Assembly (NCBI GenBank): GCA_029100545.1
Contig: JAQXPH010000021.1
Location: forward strand, 10,613-74,612
DNA from: a bacterium
Lineage (GTDB): Bacteria; Bacillota_I; Bacilli_A; RF39; UBA660
Direction: 5' to 3'
DNA: 64,000 nt
A program made the position numbers and the translations under genes. Below the pieces are notes generated by a model. It made no database searches, was not told where the DNA came from, and saw only the letters and a list, made by a program, of their open reading frames with translations. Position 1 is the stretch's first letter; every line of letters starts with the position of its first letter. Below are positions 29,474 to 39,652 of this stretch, in pieces.

Positions 29474-30529
29474 TTAAAAAGAACAATTATATTTTAATAT
29501 ATTTCGATAATAATTACTTATTTCATTATAACTTGTTGGAAAAGATGAATTATATTCTTTATCTAAAATATCATTTGTTAAAAATGAAAGTAACGAAATT
29601 TGTTTATTTTCTTTATCAATTAAAGCATAACCATCTTCACCATTAATTGTTAATTTTCCTTCATTAATTTTTTTAATCATATTGTCATATTCTGCATCAT
29701 TATCATAAGTATTTACTTTTATTCTAACTGATACATTCATACTATTTTTATTATTATCAAAAACAAATTTATCAATAGTATTACCATCCGGACTTGTACA
29801 ATTGAAAATCATTTTTGGATTATTTTCAATAACATAGACAAAAGATGTAATAGTATTATCATGATTATCTTCATCAGTAGCCTTAATATTTATATTTTTA
29901 AAGCCAACACTATTTAAAGAATTCAATACATTATCTTTATCTTCAAATGTAAAATTATAATTATTAGGTGAAGATATAAGTCTTTCAACATTTATACTAT
30001 TTCCTAAAACTAAATATGTAAATTCATTTTTTAAATTTAGGACTACCTTTTCAGTAACAATATCTTCATCCGTCTTTTCCTTAACAACTACTTTAGCAGA
30101 ATATTTTGAATTAGCACACGTAACATAATAATCATATACTCCAACTTTAGAAGTATCAACATCAGATGTATTTAAACTACATTTAGAAATATCTAAATTA
30201 TCAAAATTACCATATTCATCCATACTATCAGGTAAAGAATCACCAACTTTTATTGTAATATTATTTAAAACAAATGCTGGAGTTGTATTATTTTGATGTT
30301 TATTTTTAGCCATATTTAAATAATAATAAACACCATAAGCAACTCCACCCATTAATGCAATAATTAAAATAATAAATAATATTTTTTTAATAAATGAATC
30401 TTTCTTATTAGAATTATTATTATTTTCACTTTTTAAATCATTGTTTTCAATCTTTTTTTGTGGTACCGGTGCATCTAATGTTTCAATTACTTCTACTAGT
30501 GTTGGATCAGTTCCAATTTCATTTTTCAC
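29474..30529 (-). CDS. hypothetical type-II membrane protein (short cytoplasmic N-terminus, one TM, ~270-aa ectodomain)
   Basis: ORF track. TM ILFIILIIALMGGVAYGVYYY. No family recognised. Confidence 0.55.
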   Translation of the reverse strand: MKNEIGTDPTLVEVIETLDAPVPQKKIENNDLKSENNNNSNKKDSFIKKILFIILIIALMGGVAYGVYYYLNMAKNKHQNNTTPAFVLNNITIKVGDSLPDSMDEYGNFDNLDISKCSLNTSDVDTSKVGVYDYYVTCANSKYSAKVVVKEKTDEDIVTEKVVLNLKNEFTYLVLGNSINVERLISSPNNYNFTFEDKDNVLNSLNSVGFKNINIKATDEDNHDNTITSFVYVIENNPKMIFNCTSPDGNTIDKFVFDNNKNSMNVSVRIKVNTYDNDAEYDNMIKKINEGKLTINGEDGYALIDKENKQISLLSFLTNDILDKEYNSSFPTSYNEISNYYRNILKYNCSF

Positions 30530-30567
30530 ACTTAATCACCCTTTACTCTAATTAAATTATAACTTTA

Positions 30568-31884
30568 TTAAATAGTTTTTGCAAGATTTTTAAATTCATT
30601 CCCACGAGTTTCAAATTTATCATATTGATCCCAACTAGCACTTGCAGGTGAAAGTAATACTACTCCATTATTTAAATTATCATTTTTAATTATTTCCATT
30701 GCAACTTTAAGTGTATAACATTTTTCACAATTTATATTTTTTTCTTTTGCATAATTAAATACTTCATCTGTAACTTCTCCAATAGCATAGATTTTTTTTA
30801 CATGTTTTATATAATTATCTAGTTCATGAAAATCTTGATTTCTTTGCATTCCACCAAGAATAAGATATACATCCTCATTAAAAGAATTTAATGCCGTAAT
30901 AGTTGATGTAGGATTAGTTGCTTTAGAATCGTTATAAAATTTTAAATTATTGTTTTGACAAACAAATTCTATTCTATGTTCGACACCATTAAAATTCATA
31001 AAAAAGTCTTTTATAATATTTTTATCTATTCCAAATTCATTTATAACTAAAAGAGCTGCCATAATATTTTCATAATTATGTTGACCTTTTATTTTAATAT
31101 CATCTATGTTAATTATTTTTTCATTTTTTATAAATATAAAATCATCTTTAATAAATGCATCTTGACCATTAAAATATTCTCTTGTTGATTTAATATCTTT
31201 AGTTAACTCTATACTATCTAAATTATTTTGATTAATTATTGCTATATCTTTTTCAGTATGATGATTAAATATATTATGCTTTACATTTTTATAATTTTCA
31301 TAATTACCATGATAATCCAAATGAGTTTGGCATAAATTTGTTAAAACACTTATATCTGTTTTAAAATCCTTAAAATTAATAAGTTGATGATCAGATATTT
31401 CTAATAAAAGTACATCACCATTTTTTATTACTGGAATTACTTCACTTAATGGATAGCCAATATTTCCTCCTAAAACAACTGGAATATTCATTTTTTTTAA
31501 TAATTCATAAATAATAGTTGTTGTTGTTGTTTTACCATTAGAACCTGTTACTCCAATTATTTTTATATTTTTAGGAAGGAAATGATATGCTACTTCCATT
31601 TCATTATAAATTGGTATATTTAATTTATTTGCTTCAATTAATAATTCATGAAATGGCATAACTCCGGGATTTTTAATAACCATATCAAATGATGAATCAA
31701 ATATTTCTAATGGATTATCTGTTTTAATAAATTTTACACCAAGGCTTTCAAGTTCACGAACTTTATCCTCATCCTGATCATTTTTATCAGTAATAACTAT
31801 TTCATTGTTTTTACAAAGTAATTTTGCTACGTTATAACCACTTCTAGCCATTCCTAAAATAAATATTTTTTTATTTTCAAACAT
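30568..31884 (-). CDS. murD: UDP-N-acetylmuramoylalanine--D-glutamate ligase MurD
   Basis: GVTGSNGKTTTT and the C-terminal SPASASWDQY pattern. Confidence 0.92.
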   Translation of the reverse strand: MFENKKIFILGMARSGYNVAKLLCKNNEIVITDKNDQDEDKVRELESLGVKFIKTDNPLEIFDSSFDMVIKNPGVMPFHELLIEANKLNIPIYNEMEVAYHFLPKNIKIIGVTGSNGKTTTTTIIYELLKKMNIPVVLGGNIGYPLSEVIPVIKNGDVLLLEISDHQLINFKDFKTDISVLTNLCQTHLDYHGNYENYKNVKHNIFNHHTEKDIAIINQNNLDSIELTKDIKSTREYFNGQDAFIKDDFIFIKNEKIINIDDIKIKGQHNYENIMAALLVINEFGIDKNIIKDFFMNFNGVEHRIEFVCQNNNLKFYNDSKATNPTSTITALNSFNEDVYLILGGMQRNQDFHELDNYIKHVKKIYAIGEVTDEVFNYAKEKNINCEKCYTLKVAMEIIKNDNLNNGVVLLSPASASWDQYDKFETRGNEFKNLAKTI

Positions 31885-31894
31885 TTTATCACCT

Positions 31895-33646
31895 TTATTT
31901 TAATACTGCTTTAATTCTACGTACACCAGCTGAAGAACTTTCTTCTTTAACAATTTTAAATGTACCTAACTCACTAGTATTTTTTACATGTGGACCCATA
32001 CATATTTCTTTTGATATATTACCTATACTATATACTGATACAATATCAGGATATTTTTCAATAAACATTGCTTCTGCACCAGTTTCAACAGCCTTAGACT
32101 TTGGCATTTCTTCCATAGTTACTGGAATATTTTCACCAATCCATTTATTAACTAAATTTTCAACTTCAATTATTTCTTCATTACTTAATTTATGATCACA
32201 ACTAAAATCAAAACGCATTCTTTCATCATTAATATTTGATCCTTTTTGATGAACATTACCATTTATAACTTTTTTTAATGCCGCATTTAATAAATGAGTA
32301 GCAGTATGATATTTTGTTTCAACTTCACTATTACCAGCAAGGCCTCCTTTAAATTGGCCAACAGAAGCAGTTCTTGATAAATTTTGATGTTCTTTAAATT
32401 TTTCTTCAAAACCTTTTTCATCTACTTTTAAACCTTTTTCATTTGCAAGTTCAATAGTAAGTTCAATTGGAAAACCAAATGTATCATATAAATGAAATGC
32501 TACTTCACCAGTTATATCTTCATTGTTTTTAATAATTTTTGAAAACTCTCTTAAACCTTTTTCAAGTGTCTTATTAAATTTATCCTTTTCATTTTTCAAC
32601 ACTTCATATATAACATTTTCATTTTTACTAAGTTCATTATAATATTTTGAATATTTTGAAATAATAAGACTTGCAATTTGTTTTTCCCAATCTGATTCAA
32701 TATTAATGCCAAGTTTTTTTGCGTGTCTTATACTTCTTCGAATTAATCTTCTTAAAATATAACCTTGACCAACATTAGATGGTTTTATTCCAGCATCATC
32801 ACCAGCAATAAAAACGGAAGTTCTAATGTGATCAGCGATAATACGCATTGATTTTTCATTACCTTCATAAGGAAGTGAAGATATTTTACAAATTAAATCG
32901 ATTACATCCTTCCATATAGAAGAAGCATAATTATCGTTTACTCCTTCAAGTACTGCGGTTACTCTTTCAAGGCCCATACCTGTATCAACATTTTTATTTG
33001 GTAAACTAACTACACTACCATCTTCATATTTATTAAATTCCATGAAAACATCATTCCAAATTTCAACCCATCTTTCATCTTTTGGATCAAATTTTTTAGG
33101 AATTTCATCATTACTACGAAAATAAAACATTTCTGTATCAGGTCCACATGGTCCAGTTTCACCAGCAATCCAAAAATTATCGTCTTTTGTAAGTGCAATT
33201 CTATCTTCATTTATACCAAGTGATTTCCATATATTATAACTTTCTTCATCAAAAGGAATAGTTTCATTACCTGCAAATACTGTAACAGCAAGTCTTTCAA
33301 TAGGAATATTTAAAACTTCTGTTAAAAATTCAAAACTCCAAGTTATAGCTTCTTTTTTAAAATAATCTCCTAATGACCAATTTCCTAACATTTCAAAAAA
33401 TGTATGGTGAGTAGCATCACCAATACTATCTAAATCGTTTGTTCTTATACATTTTTGTGCATCACAAAGTCTTGTCCCATATGGATGTTTTTTTCCCATT
33501 AAATATGGGATAAGTGGCTGCATACCAGCAGTATTAAATAATACTGATGGGTCATTTTCTGGAACAACAGGTGCACTAGGAATTTCTTTATGACCTTTAG
33601 AAACAAAAAAATCAATATATAAATCTTTCAAATTAACACATTTCAT
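31895..33646 (-). CDS. alaS: alanine--tRNA ligase, short form (583 aa, no C-Ala domain)
   Basis: FNTAGMQPL and HHTFFEMLGNWS (class II core). Editing motifs HTATHLL, CMGPHV and GVRRIKAV are followed directly by the stop. Confidence 0.9.
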   Translation of the reverse strand: MKCVNLKDLYIDFFVSKGHKEIPSAPVVPENDPSVLFNTAGMQPLIPYLMGKKHPYGTRLCDAQKCIRTNDLDSIGDATHHTFFEMLGNWSLGDYFKKEAITWSFEFLTEVLNIPIERLAVTVFAGNETIPFDEESYNIWKSLGINEDRIALTKDDNFWIAGETGPCGPDTEMFYFRSNDEIPKKFDPKDERWVEIWNDVFMEFNKYEDGSVVSLPNKNVDTGMGLERVTAVLEGVNDNYASSIWKDVIDLICKISSLPYEGNEKSMRIIADHIRTSVFIAGDDAGIKPSNVGQGYILRRLIRRSIRHAKKLGINIESDWEKQIASLIISKYSKYYNELSKNENVIYEVLKNEKDKFNKTLEKGLREFSKIIKNNEDITGEVAFHLYDTFGFPIELTIELANEKGLKVDEKGFEEKFKEHQNLSRTASVGQFKGGLAGNSEVETKYHTATHLLNAALKKVINGNVHQKGSNINDERMRFDFSCDHKLSNEEIIEVENLVNKWIGENIPVTMEEMPKSKAVETGAEAMFIEKYPDIVSVYSIGNISKEICMGPHVKNTSELGTFKIVKEESSSAGVRRIKAVLK

Positions 33647-34170
33647 TATTTCACCTTATCTAAAATTGCAAATATTTTTTCTTTTAATTTACCTAAATCA
33701 TCATTTGCAACAATAAAATCAAAATCTTGATAATTTTCTAAAGCAATTTCAGTCACATGCGATTGTTGCGCAACTGTTAGTTTACTAGTACCAAACTGAT
33801 TAACTATATAAAATGCATAAACATTATCAAAAGAGTCTTTAATTTCTTCTATTTCATTTGGCATTCTTACATCACTTATAACTAAGTTTTCTACATAGTT
33901 TTGATAAATTATAATATCTTTAATCATATTAGATACCAAAAAATTAGGATCATTTTCTCTCATTACATCACCAAGATGTTGCATAAAATCACGTGGCTTA
34001 TTATTTTCACTACCATCCCAATTTGTAAGTTCTAATGCAAAATTCTTAATATATTTACTATAACTAGTAATTGCACATTCCTCAAGTTTATAAATATAAT
34101 ATTCCTTTATTAATTTTGCAACTTCATTTTTTCCACTTCCTGCTTTTCCAGCTATTAAAAAAATTCTCAT
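33646..34170 (-). CDS. P-loop kinase-like protein (dNMP-kinase-like)
   Basis: Walker A IAGKAGSGKNEV. The size and pattern resemble deoxynucleotide monophosphate kinases. It is translationally coupled to alaS. Confidence 0.5.
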   Translation of the reverse strand: MRIFLIAGKAGSGKNEVAKLIKEYYIYKLEECAITSYSKYIKNFALELTNWDGSENNKPRDFMQHLGDVMRENDPNFLVSNMIKDIIIYQNYVENLVISDVRMPNEIEEIKDSFDNVYAFYIVNQFGTSKLTVAQQSHVTEIALENYQDFDFIVANDDLGKLKEKIFAILDKVK

Positions 34171-34224
34171 AATTCCTCCATCATTTTATTAATTATAATA
34201 CCAATTATTATAACTTAAATCAAT

Positions 34225-36177
34225 TTATTTTTTATATTTATAAGCAATATTATAATAATCATAATCAATTATATATTGACTTAAATTAATTCTATTATTA
34301 ACCATTTTTTTTATTATTGATATATAATCTTCTTCAACATTTTGTCCATCATTTAATATGAATTCTCCAGTTGCCGCAAAATATTTTCCTTTATTTGTTA
34401 CCCATGAACGATTATCAAATATTGCTAGTCCATCTTCTGTTGATAAAATGTCTTTACCAATAATTAATCTTGAATCATATTTAAGTCCAAACAAATTATA
34501 AATTGTAGGTAAAACATCAATTTGACTTCCAACTTTATTAATTTCAACTTTATCCATTGTACTATTATATAAAATGAAATTACTATGATTAATTTCTATT
34601 TTATCATCTTTTTCGTAGTTAGATGCTTCATTAACTTGTTTAACAGTTAATTCGTATGGATAGTGATCTCCAACCAAAGCAATAACCGTATCATCTAAAA
34701 TTCCTTTTTCTTCTAGTTTATTTATTAAATCTTCTAATGCTTTATCAAGTTCCATTTGAGCGGCTAAATATGCTTTTACTGGGCTTGAATATGGTAAATT
34801 GAATGCATCAATTTCTTCTTTATGCTTTTTACTCATACTATTACCTTCAAAAGAATATCCCGCATGTCCAGATACAGTAGCATAAAATACCATAAATGGA
34901 CTATCACTATTTTCATAATCAGAAAAAGTTGCATCAATCATTTCAACATCACTTTGGGGCCAAATTCCACTACATTTAACTTTACTTTCTAGGCCATTAA
35001 AACAAGCTAAAAAATTATCAAATCCCAAAGATTTTAAATATACATTTCTATCCTGAAAATTATACGAATTATTATGATATGCAAAAGTATTATAACCTTC
35101 ATTTTTAAACATATTAGCAATACCCATAGGATAAGTGTTATCTCCACTTCTAAACTTTTTTAAAGATGAAAAATTTGCATAAAGTCCAGTTAATTCTTGA
35201 AACTCTCCGCCAATTGTACTATAAATAGTTGGTGTATAAAAATTTTTAAATACAAAGCCATTATTAACAAGTTTATAAAGTGTTGGTGTAATATTTTTAT
35301 CAACAGCAATTTCATTAAAACTTTCTGCCATAAATAAGATTAAATTTTTGCCTTTAAATTTTCCAGTATATTCATTTTGATATGAACCTGTATCATTTTT
35401 AAAATAATTAGACATCATAACAATTTTATCATTATTTGAATAATCACTAATAATACTATCAAAATCAATATCCAATATATTAGGTTCATAATTTACTTCA
35501 GTAGTTATTTTATCTTTACCATTATTATCAATATTTATTTTTTCATCAAATCCAAATATAAACCTATAAGTATCAACCCAAAAAGTATTAATTATTCCAA
35601 CTTTTTCTATGTTTAATGATGGATTATTTACTTCATAAAATAATTCGTGTGGACTATAACTTTCAGTCTTTTTTATATTTAAACTATATACATAACCAAT
35701 AGAAAATAGAATTAAAAAACATAAGCTAATTGCAATTTTTATATTATTAGTTTTTTTTAACATAATCTTTTTTCGAAGTATAATTGCTAATACTAAAGGA
35801 ATAGCCAATGCAATTATTCCTGGTAATCTTTTTATTGTTTCAATTACAGCTTTGCTTAAAAAAGATGTAACTTGATCTGCAATTTGTAAAATAGAAAAAG
35901 AAATATAAAAATCGAAAAAATCTTTTACAACATATTGTGCGGCAAACCAAATTGTCCAAAATATCAAAGTAAAATAAAAAATAAACCTATTTACTTTTTC
36001 TCTAAATAATCTTGTTAAAATATACATTAATATACTATAGCAAAGTATAAATATTATCATATTAATACTAGATATTATAAAAATTGTTTTATGTAATAAC
36101 ATCCGATAAATAAATTCCATATAAATAAAACTAAAGAAAAAAATTACAAATGTACTATATCTTTTATATTCTTTCAT
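34225..36177 (-). CDS. LTA synthase family protein (5 TM plus an extracellular sulfatase-like domain)
   Basis: N-terminal TMs, then NLILFMAESFNEI and TIGGEFQELTGLY motifs. Confidence 0.8.
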   Translation of the reverse strand: MKEYKRYSTFVIFFFSFIYMEFIYRMLLHKTIFIISSINMIIFILCYSILMYILTRLFREKVNRFIFYFTLIFWTIWFAAQYVVKDFFDFYISFSILQIADQVTSFLSKAVIETIKRLPGIIALAIPLVLAIILRKKIMLKKTNNIKIAISLCFLILFSIGYVYSLNIKKTESYSPHELFYEVNNPSLNIEKVGIINTFWVDTYRFIFGFDEKINIDNNGKDKITTEVNYEPNILDIDFDSIISDYSNNDKIVMMSNYFKNDTGSYQNEYTGKFKGKNLILFMAESFNEIAVDKNITPTLYKLVNNGFVFKNFYTPTIYSTIGGEFQELTGLYANFSSLKKFRSGDNTYPMGIANMFKNEGYNTFAYHNNSYNFQDRNVYLKSLGFDNFLACFNGLESKVKCSGIWPQSDVEMIDATFSDYENSDSPFMVFYATVSGHAGYSFEGNSMSKKHKEEIDAFNLPYSSPVKAYLAAQMELDKALEDLINKLEEKGILDDTVIALVGDHYPYELTVKQVNEASNYEKDDKIEINHSNFILYNSTMDKVEINKVGSQIDVLPTIYNLFGLKYDSRLIIGKDILSTEDGLAIFDNRSWVTNKGKYFAATGEFILNDGQNVEEDYISIIKKMVNNRINLSQYIIDYDYYNIAYKYKK

Positions 36178-36258
36178 ATTCCACCTATTTTTATTATAAC
36201 ACGTATTATTTATATAACATATTTTTTTAATTAAAATTTACAAAAATTTTTTTTATTA

Positions 36259-37878
36259 TTAATAAGTTAATGACTTAAATTTTTTTACGCCATATTTACA
36301 AATTACAAAATATAATATTATTATAGTTAATATAAAAACAATAATTTGTATAAAAATAACTATATAAGCAATTTTATAAAATTTTATCATAATAAGCACA
36401 GAAATAAGTCCTAAACCCATTCCCAAAAATACTGCAATCATTGAACTTAAACTTTGTTTAATTACTTCTACTTCATTTATCCACTTTAATTTTGGATATT
36501 TTAAATTAATTAAAATACCTATCATTGCACTAAGTGTTGGCACAATCAATGTTAAAAGTATAATTAAAAATATATCTAATAACTTCACTTTTAAAAAAAA
36601 TATAAATATTAAATCATTAATAAGCATAAGTGGTATTACCAAAATCACACTAAATAATACTTTTGAAAATATAATATTTTTTTCACTTATTGGTAAACTT
36701 TTTATAATATTTATTTTCTTTCCTTCTAATGATATACTTGATGAAGTAATAGTTGTCATAAAACTCATAAAAATAACCAATTCAAAATATATTACAGGAG
36801 CATATTTAGTTATTGTTGCAAGAGAAATTTGTTCTTGCATATCACTATTAATTAAATTAACAAAATTTTGAGAATTAAAGCAAAAATATAGTGTCATAAT
36901 AAGCATTAATACAATTCCAAATAATGTATTAATTATATATACTGGTGATGAAAAATAATATTTAAATTCTTTTTTTATCAATGAAGTAATTTTATTATTT
37001 ACTTTTATACTACTTTGATTATATTTTTTTGCTTTTTTATTAGTTTTAGTAATTGTTGATTTAGATATAATCTTATAATAATTTATTGTTCCCAAATAAA
37101 CAAAAATAATTAACGGAATTATATTAAATAAAATTAACTTTATAAAAACTAATATGTCAAATTTATTTATTAAAGATATATAAGCATTTATTGGATAATA
37201 TAATTTTGAAATTATTTTATTAATTATTGGAGCTTTAGTAACTATATTATTAACATTATTTTGTATTGAAAAAGTAAAATAATAAATTGCAATAAAAAAA
37301 ATTATAGAAAGAATTGTTTGAACTCTTTTTTTATTTTTAAAATTAACAGATAAGCCTTTAACTATATAGCCAATTATTGAAGCAATAATTATAGGTATAA
37401 TTGGAATTAGTATCATCATTATTAATGATATAAAATAAAAATTTATATTTGGATGTTCAAAATATGAATAAACAACCACAGCAGGTAGAAATATTAATAA
37501 AACATAAACATATTGAAATATTAAAAATTTAAGTAATCTTGTTAAAAAAATCTTTTCTTTTTTTATAGGTAATGAAAAAAGTAAATCATTGTCTTTACAT
37601 TCAAATAAAACTCCTTGTACTTTAAAAAAACCTTGTAAAATTATAAAAGCAGATATTAACATTATAAATAAACTTAAACAAATATATGTTAAGTTAACAT
37701 CATGAAGTGGTTTTGCAAACATATAGGCATATACACCAACTGAATACATTAAAAGTGCAAATAATATTAAAGGAAATAATATTTTTTTAATTTTTGATTT
37801 ATTATCATTTGATTTAATTTTTAAAATATTTAATCCATCTTTTAACAAAACTTTTAATAAAGATAATGTTTGTTTCAT
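36259..37878 (-). CDS. ABC-transporter permease-like polytopic membrane protein
   Basis: About 12 TM, overlapping the stop of the upstream ATPase gene (37875-37878). Confidence 0.6.
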   Translation of the reverse strand: MKQTLSLLKVLLKDGLNILKIKSNDNKSKIKKILFPLILFALLMYSVGVYAYMFAKPLHDVNLTYICLSLFIMLISAFIILQGFFKVQGVLFECKDNDLLFSLPIKKEKIFLTRLLKFLIFQYVYVLLIFLPAVVVYSYFEHPNINFYFISLIMMILIPIIPIIIASIIGYIVKGLSVNFKNKKRVQTILSIIFFIAIYYFTFSIQNNVNNIVTKAPIINKIISKLYYPINAYISLINKFDILVFIKLILFNIIPLIIFVYLGTINYYKIISKSTITKTNKKAKKYNQSSIKVNNKITSLIKKEFKYYFSSPVYIINTLFGIVLMLIMTLYFCFNSQNFVNLINSDMQEQISLATITKYAPVIYFELVIFMSFMTTITSSSISLEGKKINIIKSLPISEKNIIFSKVLFSVILVIPLMLINDLIFIFFLKVKLLDIFLIILLTLIVPTLSAMIGILINLKYPKLKWINEVEVIKQSLSSMIAVFLGMGLGLISVLIMIKFYKIAYIVIFIQIIVFILTIIILYFVICKYGVKKFKSLTY

Positions 37879-38585
37879 TTTTCATCCTCTAGTTCTAAAA
37901 ATACTTCTTCTAAAGATTCATCACCTTTAATATCTTTCATTGATCCAACTTTAACAATTTTTCCATTTTTTATAATTGCAACTTTATCACAAAGTTTTTC
38001 AGCTACATCTAATATATGAGTTGAATAAAAAATAGTTTTATTTTCTTTTATCATATCTTTCATTATTTTTTTCATATCAAAGACCGCTTTTGGATCAAGA
38101 CCAACAAATGGTTCATCCATAATTAATATTTCTGGATCATGAGAAAGTGCCGAAATTAATGCTACCTTTTGTTTCATACCATGTGAAAAACTTGATATTT
38201 CATCTTGTAAATTATCTTCAAGTTCTAGCATTTTTGAATATTTTTGAATATTTTTTTCTCGCACTTCTAATGGTGTTTCATACATATCGCAAACAAAGTT
38301 GATAAAATCAATTGCCTTCATATTTTCATAAAGATCTGGATTATCTGGAATATAAGCCATTATTTTTTTACATTCAATAGGATTGCTTTTAATAGATTTT
38401 CCATTTATTAAAATATCTCCTTCATCAAATTCAATTATTCCCATCATTGATTTTATCATTGTTGTTTTTCCTGCTCCATTGTGACCTATAAAAGCAAAAA
38501 TTTCTCCATTTTCAATATTAAAGTTAACATTATCTAATGCTTTTTTTGTGCCATATTTTTTACTAACATTTTTAATTTCTATCAT
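37875..38585 (-). CDS. ABC transporter ATP-binding protein (ABC-2 type)
   Basis: GHNGAGKTT, SHGMKQKVALISAL, ILIMDEP. Confidence 0.9.
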   Translation of the reverse strand: MIEIKNVSKKYGTKKALDNVNFNIENGEIFAFIGHNGAGKTTMIKSMMGIIEFDEGDILINGKSIKSNPIECKKIMAYIPDNPDLYENMKAIDFINFVCDMYETPLEVREKNIQKYSKMLELEDNLQDEISSFSHGMKQKVALISALSHDPEILIMDEPFVGLDPKAVFDMKKIMKDMIKENKTIFYSTHILDVAEKLCDKVAIIKNGKIVKVGSMKDIKGDESLEEVFLELEDEK

Positions 38586-38640
38586 ATATAAACCTTTCTT
38601 CGTATATCATATCATATTTTATGAAAAAAGATAGATTATT

Positions 38641-39078
38641 TTAACTTAATCTACCTTTTACAATTTTACTAACTAAAGACATATCTGCATTAGTTATTTT
38701 TGAAGAAATAATTTTCATTAAATTTCCCATATCTTTCATTGAAGTTGGTTTAACTTCTTCGAATACTAAATCAATTATTTTATTTATTTCCTCTTCGCTC
38801 ATTTCTTGTGGTAAGTATTTATTTAATACTTCGACTTCATGTTCTAGTTCTTTTACAGTCTCAAGTTTATTATATTTTTTATATTCTTCAATAGAATCTT
38901 TTCTAGTTTTAACTTGTTTTTTTATAACTTTTAAAACTTCTTCATCAGTAAGTTCATGGAAAGCGCCTTTTCTACTTTCAACAATAAATTCACTTTTTAA
39001 CATTCTTAAGACAGATAAGGTAAATTTATCACCACTTTTTAAAGCGTTTTTTAAATCTAAGTCAATTCGTTCTAACAT
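38641..39078 (-). CDS. GatB/YqeY domain protein
   Basis: DLKNALKSGDKFTLSVLRMLKSE... pattern. The rpsU-yqeY pairing is typical of Firmicutes. Confidence 0.85.
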   Translation of the reverse strand: MLERIDLDLKNALKSGDKFTLSVLRMLKSEFIVESRKGAFHELTDEEVLKVIKKQVKTRKDSIEEYKKYNKLETVKELEHEVEVLNKYLPQEMSEEEINKIIDLVFEEVKPTSMKDMGNLMKIISSKITNADMSLVSKIVKGRLS

Positions 39079-39087
39079 AATTACTCC

Positions 39088-39276
39088 TTAATTATGATTT
39101 CTACGGCGTGAATTTTTAATATTTTCTTTCTTTTCATTTCTTCTTTTAACGCCTGGTTTTTCATAGCATTTTCTCTTCTTAAGTTCTGAAGGGACGCCAC
39201 TACGAGCAAATTTTGCTTTAAACTTTTTTAAAGCAAGATCAACATTACCATTTTGAACTACAACCTTTGTCATCAT
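39088..39276 (-). CDS. rpsU: 30S ribosomal protein S21
   Basis: MMTKVVVQNGNVDLALKKFKAKFARSGV...KRRNEKK. The start is set after AAGGGAGGG. Confidence 0.9.
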   Translation of the reverse strand: MMTKVVVQNGNVDLALKKFKAKFARSGVPSELKKRKCYEKPGVKRRNEKKENIKNSRRRNHN

Positions 39277-39302
39277 TATCCCTCCCTTCATTAACTAGCA
39301 TT

Positions 39303-39331
39303 ATTATAACACCTACCACATATTTTGACAA
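39303..39331 (-). promoter_or_regulatory. sigma-A type promoter of rpsU
   Basis: The minus strand reads TTGTCA-17 nt-TATAAT, beginning 5 nt after the stop of bacteriocin peptide B. Confidence 0.55.
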
Positions 39332-39336
39332 GATTT

Positions 39337-39492
39337 TTAGCAACTTGTATGGCTAAATAATCGACGCAATGTTGAGCCTAAATTTTGTCCATAACTATAT
39401 ATGGCAATGATTAATTTTCCTGCAGCAGCAAGCCAACTAGCGCTTACCGCTCCACCAACATATAAAATGCTTTCATCACTATTTAACACCAT
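39337..39492 (-). CDS. double-glycine-leader bacteriocin precursor B (51 aa)
   Basis: MVLNSDESILYVGG / AVSASWLAAAGKLIIAIYSYGQNLGSTLRRLFSHTSC. The track shows it as part of a 65-aa TTG ORF. The ATG at 39492 gives a 14-aa GG leader paralogous to that of peptide A. Confidence 0.7.
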   Translation of the reverse strand: MVLNSDESILYVGGAVSASWLAAAGKLIIAIYSYGQNLGSTLRRLFSHTSC

Positions 39493-39493
39493 T

Positions 39494-39640
39494 TTATCTA
39501 ATATTGCAAGCCTTTGGATTAGAAAAACCATCAATAATTCCTAAAAAAAACGTACTTATTACTGAAATAATAAAAATACCGCTTGCAGTAAATTTAACTC
39601 CTCCAGTATATTTTATCATTTCATCATCTTTTAAAAGCAT
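39494..39640 (-). CDS. double-glycine-leader bacteriocin precursor A (48 aa), not in the ORF track
   Basis: AGGAGGtagcATG. MLLKDDEMIKYTGG / VKFTASGIFIISVISTFFLGIIDGFSNPKACNIR. Hand-translated from the minus strand. Confidence 0.7.
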   Translation of the reverse strand: MLLKDDEMIKYTGGVKFTASGIFIISVISTFFLGIIDGFSNPKACNIR

Positions 39641-39652
39641 GCTACCTCCTTT

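Noticed and set aside
39337-39534. 65-aa ORF as listed in the track (TTG start, MMVFLIQRLAILDK...)
   Set aside because: Its first 14 codons overlap peptide A in another frame. The internal ATG gives a GG-leader precursor paralogous to peptide A, so the shorter ORF is preferred.
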